From Owenia fusiformis (taxonomy: Eukaryota), in NCBI GenBank assembly GCA_903813345.2, contig CAIIXF020000001.1, forward strand, positions 13,764,001-13,828,000: DNA of 64,000 bases, written 5' to 3'. The notes beneath the pieces were generated by a model. The model was not told the DNA's origin. It ran no database searches and was given only the letters and a program-made list of their open reading frames with translations. A program made the position numbers and the translations under genes. Positions 12,648 through 23,200 of the stretch are shown in pieces (the first letter of the stretch is position 1; each line of letters begins with the position of its first letter).

Positions 12648-15228
12648 CTATAAGCAGTGAATAAGGTACTTAGTCGCTAAACATCCCGCGTACAATGCTT
12701 CTGGTATTATGTTTTATGGATAAACTATGGGTACTGGGTTTTAGGATAATAGCCGAGGGCCTTGGCCCTAGGCTATTCGTTCTCCTTAGATCCAGTACAA
12801 TGGTCTATCTAATTTAAACCCCACACTGACTCTTATGAAAGCTGAATGGTCCATGATCCAATTTTAGGAAAGTTTGATCTATTTTGTATTCACTATGATG
12901 TAAGTGTGTTGAGAATTGAGTGGGTGTAATTAGTTCAGCTTCAGTGCACTGCATATAACAGGCCAGCTACAGTTCAAAATTTGATTTATTTCTTTTGTAT
13001 TTACTATTTAACTATTGGGTGAATGAAAAGGATTTAATCAGGTCAGCTTCAGTGCACTGCATGTGACAGTCCAGGAGAAAACACTGGGCCAAAAACTGTC
13101 AATCGTCCTTTGTGCCACGTTGATTTTGGATAGCTTGCCAAATGTCAATTCTTTAAAAACTAGAAAAATGATCCGATCTTCTTTGTGACAACTGTATATT
13201 CTTTGAGATAAACTACAGTTCATTCTAAATGCTTAAGTGCGATTTAAGTCCAGTTAAACCATTCAGTTGAGCAGAATGCAAAGTGGCTGCTGTCCTGTGT
13301 CCTCTGCTTCAAAATTTGAACACTGGGACACTATTTAGAATGCTATAAAAGATAAACATTTGGACCGCCAGGGCCATATCCGATCTCAGGGCTAAATGAT
13401 TTATTCTTCAGAATGATTGTAATTCTCAAATCATTCTTGGTTCAGCTATCTGCTATATTCTTACACGGTTAAGATCATGAAATACTCTGTGTCCAAGTCG
13501 ATTGTGATTGTGTACGTTTCAATCATTATGAATATCAACATGACTATGGTTATTAACAACCAAAATTACAGCTATTGCGCCCCTTAAAGTGAAACAAAGA
13601 CAATTTGCCACTTCTGCTAAAATGTTCAAGTACAAGGGTTGTTCAAATAGTTTTGCACAAATATATCTAATTATGAGAATAATGAACCAATCTTGTTCAT
13701 ATTTAGTGAGTTTGTGCCCCCATCTTATTCCCTTACACTGTCAAATTTTCATGTATGTATAATTATTACTTAACATTTTATGGTTACTATGGTAACCAAG
13801 GTGATGGCGGCACGGTCCGTATCATTTTAAAGAGAAAACAAGTAATATAAAAAGCAAAATATCAGTAAAGATGCCCTTTACTTACATAAACTATCAACTT
13901 TTTAAGCAATATCTAGTACTGTTCTCGTGGCAAAAATGAATCTTATATCAATACTTCTCATCTTATTTTCTTTGGAAATGCCAAAGAATGACCATAAACA
14001 TACTGTTCAAACATCTTGAATAAATCACTTGATTTTATGACGTTGTCAAAGTTCTCGTATCAATTTCTGAAATATTGGAGAATATGACTCAAAATAATAA
14101 AGTTGAGGCAGAAAACATTGATAGAATACATGTCAAAGAATGGGAAAACAGAATTCCACAAGTTAAAATCATTCATGGATTAAGACATTGCATACAATGA
14201 CTCCTAAAGGCATTGCTAAGTATTCCAAGATGGAATTAGACAATGGGAAATGTATTGAAGATAGCTGTAGTTATATCAGGCTTGACATCCTATAGGTAGG
14301 AGGGTTCAGACTTGGTTTCAAAGACTGGTGGACAAAATGCTTCAAGTAATGCATTCCTGCTTCGGAAGACTACATAAGAACTCTATATTTTGATTGATTA
14401 TAAGTCAATTATAATCATAACCTGACGAACTGTTCAAAGAACACAGACACACAATCTACTCAAATCCCACTGGCATATTATTTTTATGAGTAGTCTTACC
14501 AGTCTGTAGTTTTCTGTATATTCAAAACAACATTTCATCAAAATAGTGAACTTCTAATGTTTTTCTGTAATATTCACCGGACGTACCATTAATAGATATC
14601 GATATGTGACATATCTTGTGAAAACCCATTAGATTCTCCAATTTTGTCACCGTGATCTTAAATACTTTACAGTTCCAAACCAGGAGTTTAATGGGGCGTT
14701 GTAAGGTAAATAGGGCATGGGTAAGTTCTGGGACATGGGATACGCAGTGTATGTTGGGTTTAAAGCAAAATGATACATCGAGGGTGCAAGGGTATATCGT
14801 ATAATTTCTTAACAACCTTCATCAAGTGGGCATATGTAAACATTCATCCATCCATACGCAATATGATTGTTACAATGCTCACGTGGTGAATAGATCTAAA
14901 ATATCAAACGTGACATTCTAAGAACTTACCTTAGTATGTTCAACTATTTTTCTAAAGGTCCCATCGGGATGTCATATCAAAATATTGTAATAAGTAAATG
15001 ATACAACGACATGTACAATATTTATATGTTTTTATTTTTTCAATGTTTCCAATTCTATTATGAGCTATTATCACAGCTGTTATAAGACAAAACAAAACAT
15101 GCATTTATCAGCTTTCCAACGCTCATGTTAAACAACGACTGACATATATTATCAGTGTATCAAAATAATAGTTGTCACATTAAAAAAAAACAGTGACATT
15201 CTGATAGATGGCTGAATCAAAATCATAT

Positions 15229-15247
15229 TTTATTCATAATATTTATT
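15229..15247 (-). terminator. Candidate polyadenylation signals for gene B (AATAAA x2; another at 16054-16059)
   Basis: tttatt on the plus strand downstream of the gene B stop; usage not verifiable. Confidence 0.35.
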
Positions 15248-16795
15248 AATACAAAGTGATCACACTTCAAAAATATTGTGTATGTCTATAGAAGTTATTA
15301 TCAAATAGTGATTATTTACATCACATTGAGGACATTGGGTAAAACACATACAACTCACTCAAAGAAACGTCTATATGAAATGATAATTTCCAATATCATT
15401 ATAACATAATTTAATAAGCAACTTGAGGGTGACCAAACACGGGAATTTAATTCCAAAATATACAATATTATTAAATATAATCGTGACTTTATTTATACAT
15501 TATTATCAATAAATAGTTACTTCCGTACACTGTACACACTTTTTACTCAAAATACATTTCGTATGAATATGAATAGAGTAGTGAAAAATAGCTGTTACAA
15601 CATGTTGCAATCATGTTAAAACTATTGCATGTACAATATATGTGACAAGGGTTTACTGAGTAATCTAGCTGACAAGTTACTACATCGTAGTACCGACTAC
15701 ATGATGTATCATATCATATGGGGTCGTATTCATTTCATACATTCCATTACGTCTCAGCTCTTCTATGGTCCTGGCACATTCAATGGTCTTAGGACCATTC
15801 TGATGATCGAACGCACCCTTATAATTATCCCTTTTGAAATAATCAATGTTAGAATCGACACAAATTAAACTAACAGAAAGGAGAATTAATTCAGAATTTG
15901 TTAGTGTATACATACGAGTATGTATATATATTTATATGTATGGAATAACGAGTCTTAAATTATATTTGTCATAGGTTTTGGGCTGATATAAAGATGGCAG
16001 CAGCGGTAGAATCTCATGGAATTTTCTCAACACAGATTGACTGGCCTGCCCTCTTTATTTGAAAATTGTTTCTATCACCCTTTAGCATAATAATATCATA
16101 ATTATCATATCATTTAAAAGTTGCATAATAATTGGCATTAACAGGTGCAACAATAAAAACAGTTTCGGTATACTTTTTACAAACGTAAACAAATTCGCAT
16201 ATCTGGCAGCCTTGTCTGATATATGCACAGCATAGACTTCCTCTGACGTTAATCCTATACTTCTGATTCCTTCTTTCTTAAACCTTTTCTTCCTTTCTTC
16301 ACCTCTTTCCTCCACATTTTTCTCAGTTAAACGAAATCATTTGATGCAAGCTGCAAATGTTGTCGATCAGAAGAAACATAAAATCACAACAAACACAGGC
16401 ATGCATGTTGGATTGTTGACATATATCATGTTACAAATGAAATATACATTAACATGTATAGTATGAAATAAAAAAAAGTCAACATTATTCCAAACTGAGT
16501 CAGTTCAATCATTGTCTTGGGTCATATCGACCATTACGCTAACTGGTTGGATGTCTCTGAATATACATATCAGTGCCCAATCCATGAGTGAGTTGCTCCA
16601 ATACATCAGCGGAGCTTGTATGGTTTGTCTATCCGTACACAGCACATCATGGTGACAATGTCTTAAAACGATAAACATGGCTACAACACCAAATTCGACA
16701 AAGTTCCTGATGATTGCACAAAGAACTAAAGGTATACTTATAGTTCTGTATTGGTTACTGACTGACCACCTAAACATACTCTAAATCCAAAGACC

Positions 16796-17278
16796 TCATT
16801 TTTCATTTGGATTGAATATATGTGGAATACAAAAGAATACGCCAAGTGTGGAGGCCACTGTATATGCAAGGAACACCCATAGGCACATTCTATCTATTAC
16901 CATTGCTGCAAATTTCCAATCGTTGATTTCTTCACCATTTTCATTATCCTCTTTGATTTTATTTGTTATGAATCTCAATTCTCTGAGAATCATTTTGAGT
17001 TCTGTTTTAGTCATATTAAAATTATCGTCAGGTTGGATATTATGCATTCCTGCGTTTCGCATGTTTGGCATTCCCCCGTTAGTTGCTGGGAAGGGGGATG
17101 GGTATGGATAGTAATCATCATCATCCCTAATGTTTGTGATGAGACTTTTAGACGGCTGTAATTGTTTTTCTAGATCTCTCATATCTGATTTTCTGATAAG
17201 AGTGCGTCTTGAAATATCTCTGCCTGGCCGATGCATGCGAACAATCCATGCACCCCACTCGCAGATCAAAGTTCTCAC
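16796..17278 (-). CDS. Gene B exon 10 (M3-M4 loop, M4, stop)
   Basis: tttcag|[11 protein letters not shown]...[16 protein letters not shown]...FNPNEK*; 12 aa longer than the gene A exon. Confidence 0.95.
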   Translation of the reverse strand: MRTLICEWGAWIVRMHRPGRDISRRTLIRKSDMRDLEKQLQPSKSLITNIRDDDDYYPYPSPFPATNGGMPNMRNAGMHNIQPDDNFNMTKTELKMILRELRFITNKIKEDNENGEEINDWKFAAMVIDRMCLWVFLAYTVASTLGVFFCIPHIFNPNEK

Positions 17279-20200
17279 CTGAAAATATATACTTGCAATA
17301 GTCATTGCACGCAAATAAACCATAATGTAATACAATGGAAGACATGCCCTGTAAATATGAACATATCGCAGAACGTGTGTATGAGAATATTTCCTAAAAA
17401 ATCTAATAATTTGACTTATATTCTAAACTTTAAAACGTTACTTGAAATACGATGCAATTTTCAATCTCCTTCCAATCATCGATGAGTCACTTTGGACCAA
17501 TCAAAAAATAGAACCACACTTTCCTATATAAAATTTTTGTGAAAATACAAAATATCAAATGACGTACCCAGTTTGGCATTCTGTACATGTCTGGATTCCT
17601 GTGGTGGAAGTTGAGAACTAACACAGTCAGACAAACTGATAAGGTACACATTACCATGATGCAGGCAAAATATACAGCTGCAAAAACATGACAATAGAAA
17701 TTAAAACAATTTAAAAGTAAATTATACCATTATACTATATTGTGTAATTGACAAGCTCTATTTTCCATCTATTTGATCATTACCTTAATATATTAGATTA
17801 TATGATGTACAGTAACAAAATAAATATTATCCCTTAAAGCCATCTATTATTTATGACAAACGAGACCACACATGATGTAACAATATCTACAAATACGAAA
17901 CATGCACCTACACTACACAACACATTGAACGTAAAAATATGACAAAAATCTAAATGATAAAAACGGAAGATATCATGATGATATGAGTCAAACGAATGTT
18001 CTTGCGTCTCTCTGTCTCCATGTTATTTGGTTTTACAGTGACATTCGTTTAATTAATGCACATACAGAGTGGTGAAACCCTTTATTTTGACCAGGGTGGT
18101 CGAATTCTGTATATTTCCTCATACCTATGTCACATTAGGGAACACTCCCTGATATTTTAGACATTTGTACATCATTCATGCTACCATATTTCATAACAAT
18201 CAGACTGATAGACTGATAGATGTTACGTCACTTTAAACAACATGTAAGGCATGGCCATCATCGCGCTTTAGGCAAACCTGCACATTTCGCCAAAAGTTGT
18301 CATTGACCCGACTGCATTCTTCAGAAGACATGGTCTGAATGACACATATGATTTCCCCTTTGAGGTCTGCAACTGTCATGAGGTCATTCTCGCACACTCT
18401 TTGTCTTTGGCGAAGATGAATCAGGTACGGACATTTTGGACGATGTGTGCAGGTTTGCGTACGATAGTGGCCACTTGAGCATGTTGTTAAAAGTGTTGTA
18501 ACATTGTGACTATCAATCAGATGGTCATGAGACCCAGTAGAGTACATAGGTAGACTATTGTATGCACATTTCTTGGTTTCAACGGCTTGATATATTGTTA
18601 AAGCAGTTACATGTATGAATGCAGGGCTACGAGTTTCAAAATACATTCGATTACATCCCCCTTTTTGGGACACTTTGGATGGGTTTTGTAAATCTTCGTG
18701 CACAGAATGGTATTCCTACTAGTTCTAATTCTAAATCTAAGCGATTTCTACATGTGTTAGCGCCATCTGTTTGATTGTATAGTATTATACATACTAAACC
18801 TATAGTAATATTGCTGAAACATTAATTGTCAAGGCACTAAACAATTAGTCTACGTATATTCACTTTGATCGTGCACACGGTTTACCTAATATTGGAACAG
18901 CCCCTGATGTTGCAGGTACCATTTCTGCCACTATCATCATGAACACGGAAAGAGCAAGAAGAATTGTTACACCTGAAAATGTTATACCAAAAAATGGTGA
19001 AAAAGAAAATATGGGTTGCCTTTGTGGGACGAAACAGAATTATAATCAAAAAGACAATAAGGCAGTGGGATTCCCAGTGCAGTATGTATATGCACATATA
19101 TGCATCTTAGACCTTAGAAACGCTAGTTTATTACATTTTTCTGCATTCCCCGGCCTAAGATGCACATTATGACCTTCATAATCACATGTAAAAATCTAAT
19201 ATTTCAAGCATTTGGTGAATAGATTTCAGGTGAAAATAAAATACACCTGCCAACAATAGAAAACATTAAAGAGTCAAAACTAAAGATAATTTACTTAAAG
19301 AGAAAAGTAAGAAAACTACACCTACATGTTTATAGAACAATATAAAAATATGAAAGTTATAATTTTGTGTTTGTTAGAAACAATAGCATGTTTCATTTAC
19401 AACACAATAAATATACATTACAACACCAATCAGTGAGCATCCCCAAAAAATCCTGTTCTGTGCAATTTAAATATTGTATGCTAAATAAATAGTTGTACAT
19501 TGGGTGGTTTTAACACAAGATTTTTTGAATGTGCAAACTGATCCCCTTAACCCTATCCTAAAATAATAACAATGAAATAAAATACACAATCGACCAGTCA
19601 TACCTAATATTGGGACTGAGCCCGAAGTGGCGGGTACCATTTCAGCCACAATCATCATAAAAACAGCCAAAGCTAGCAGTATTGTCACGCCTATATGGCA
19701 AAATATTATGATCTTAAATCTGGCACAAGAAATGAATCAGCTATAGGTTTTGTCATGATGGCATTGGTTGGTATTATTGCAATGTAAGTAATATATAATA
19801 TGAGGATTTCAATTATTGATGACTACAACTGAAAAACATTACACTCTTAATTTTTTATCACAGTTTGATGGTCCCATTAAAGGAGGAAAGGAAGTTTACG
19901 GACGAGAGTCGAACTTGGGTACGAAATGCTGTTTAATAATTATTTTAATAAGTACTTCATGCTATACATTTTTATAAAGTGCCCAAGAGCTTTGCATTGA
20001 TTACGTGAATATTTCTCGATTTCAAGGTTAACTGGCATGCATTTTGAAAAAATCCAAAAAGTTTTGCATCTTATATTTGATCATGTTATTTTCTCAGGTA
20101 TTAAATTTTAGCTTTTAACGAATACACATTTGAAATAAATAATTGATCTTGACTCTTACATTTTACACTTGTTGGTAATATTTGCTACGACTTAATAGGC

Positions 20201-23200
20201 ATACCATATGGTTGAAATTAAATTTCAGCCCCAGAAAGTTCAGCCCCATATAAAATGTTCTCAGAAACCTTGCATTAACATTTCAACACTTTTCTAATTT
20301 CGTTTGGGCAACTATCTTATGCTTTAGTATAATATTTGAATTGTTTTATCATTAAATCTTCAACATAACATTTGTCGAATCTTTGGTGTAACTGAAATGA
20401 TCTATGGAATTGTTGTTCTGGATTGTGCCAATTGTTTATTTGCCAATGCTTATGAAATGTGAACACTGTAACTGCATATTCTCCAAAAGGGAATTCTGGT
20501 TTAAACTGACGGCATTGATATTAAATACTCAGTCACCATTTAAGCACAAAATGAAAATACAATCGAGTTTGAGAAAGTGTTAGAAATATCAATGTAACGT
20601 AGGTGATAACGTATTTTGCAATTTACTAGAACATAAAATCACACGAACTTTACCTAATGAGACTTTTTCTCCTGCATCGGGAGGAAGCACAAAGACTAGG
20701 ATGGCAAGAGATGAAATCATGAAACACGGGATGATCAAATTGAAGCCATAATAAAGTGTCTTGCGTCGTATGTGTAAAGTGAAAGTAATATCAATGTATT
20801 CTTCTATACAGCACTCATATTTGAAAATATTTCTTTCTGCTGGGCGACCTGAAAAACAATAATTATTGGTTAGAATTGTACATACAGTAATAGTGCCTAC
20901 ATTTTTTCTATGCAATATTGTTGATATTGCATGTATTAATAAATTAATTTGGTACAGCCCCTGTGGTATCTATAACACCATTCAAAAATGTAAACTTTAT
21001 AAATAAAACTCGATTTTAACAGTTAGTTCAGTCATCTCGCGTATTGTCGTCTTAAACATGTTGAATTTGAGATTAGAATCCAAACACCGTCAGCAGACCT
21101 GCATCGTCAAAGTAAAAACTATGATACTTTAACTATTTTTTTGTAAATCTGGACACATATGATATTACCTATTAATGCCCATTCTCCACTTTCCTGGTAG
21201 GTTGAAATGTCTACCTCTTGCCACTTCAGTGTAAGATTGACATTTGCTCCATCATAAGTCCATGAACCAAATTTCATTATACACTTTTGTTCATCAAACG
21301 GAAACCTGTAACAAATAGTTTAATTCAAATTGATTAACAATAGTACAGCAAAAAATAACACAAATAATAAATCATTATATTTTAATTCTTGAATGTCACG
21401 TTTTCTAAAAGAAATACGTACCATTTAATGTCTATTGAACATGATGATATGTAGAGACCAATTGGCACCCAACTGAGTACCCCAGTAGAGTACACAACTA
21501 TGTTCGTTGAAAATTTTGAATCGATGTCTTCATCGGCACTGAAACAGAGTGTTTAAAAAATGTTAATACAAATTGAATTAAAAGTCCTTTAAAGAAGCAC
21601 ATTTCAAATGACAAGTTTGTTTATTACAATTAACTGATCAAATATTTCATTCTGTTCAGGTTCATCTTTCAATGATTCTAGCAAGGTGTATGTACCAAAG
21701 CCTTAATGGCCATAGGAACAAATTAAACCTTGAAAATCATTGAAAGTGCAATATTTGTTTTTATTCACTGATAATAACTTTTCTTTGAGATTATCAAACT
21801 ATGATCAAACTATATATACTATCTAATCGTACTGAATATAATATTTCATGAAATATAAAAGAAGGATCATTTAAAGCTAATATATAAAAATATTAATCTG
21901 AACAAAGCTTGCTATTAGGTAAACTGTTATGCCTTTAATGCATGTAATAATGATAAATATGATAATCTGAACAGCCAATAATTTATTATCTAGTAGTGAT
22001 TTTATATATATTAAACTCCACGACAAAGCTTTGTATGGAATGACATAATCATATAATCACTAATTCACATACCATATAATTTATGGCATTGTGTTCTGGC
22101 GCATATTCCCATAAGATTGATATGTGTCTATTAGTGATTTATCAATATGAAATACCTGGATATTTCGTTTATATTATACTTTTAAAGGGCACATGCAATA
22201 TACCTTTCAAAAACAGAAAAACAAGTGAAGAAAATATCAAAATAGAATTTCAAAATGATCGTATAACACAGATGAGGCAAAGTTGGATACAATAGATGGA
22301 TTGTGATAGTTTTAATGATGTTCAATGATCGCAGGAGATGAGTGCACAAGCTACTCCATATTATATGATCATAATAGGCAACGTTATACCTTGCAAGGAA
22401 GGATGGAAGATATATTATCATATCAAAATATCAATGTTAGTTTGAGGACTAAAACCACCGTCTGTTACTATCGAAGAAGGGGGTTATAATGTCCAAGCGG
22501 CAACCTAGCCATACTTACCGTTTGCAAAAGAGTCAGTGATAAAAGTAAACTAAAGTCCTTCTAATAAGCATAAATCGAGGCATTGCAATCATATTTAGGC
22601 CTATAGCGAGGACAGCTTAAATGATTTCAATGCAACTGTTAGCTCTTGTATTACCCAGAAGATTACCTATTATACATAAGAATATCTGGCGTCCAAATGT
22701 ATTTTGCAGGAAGTCTAATACTCGTGATATTACCGTAGTCTGCAGGATTCCAATGCAGCTTATAATCAACCCATTCCTATGTACAAGGGAAGTAAATAAG
22801 TTCAACTTGACGAAATTGTTGAACTGTTTATTGTGGTTAGTCTTGAAGCATCTGCAATGAAATTGTTGATTTTCTTCTGGCCTAGATATTATATCTGGTA
22901 GGTCTGATATGTCTACGGGGAACTATGGGCCCGGGACAATGGGACTTTCAAATAACGGCCGTTCGGTATTTTCCAAATAATCATTGGAGAATTCAAAGTC
23001 TTGGGGAACCCAGCTGTGTAAAAGAACTATACTTATTATGGATGTGCATGTGCATGTCTCCATTGTCCACATGGTCGTATCTTAAGATATAACAGCATAA
23101 CAATAAATAGTAACTACACATACCCCCTCTTATTGCAAATTATAACCACAAGTTACGACCAAAACGAGGACACAGGGAGTTATATTTTTTGAAATACGTC

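Noticed and set aside
16812-17111. Plus-strand ORFs overlapping receptor exons (also 9033, 18939, 22621)
   Set aside because: Antisense shadows of real coding exons.
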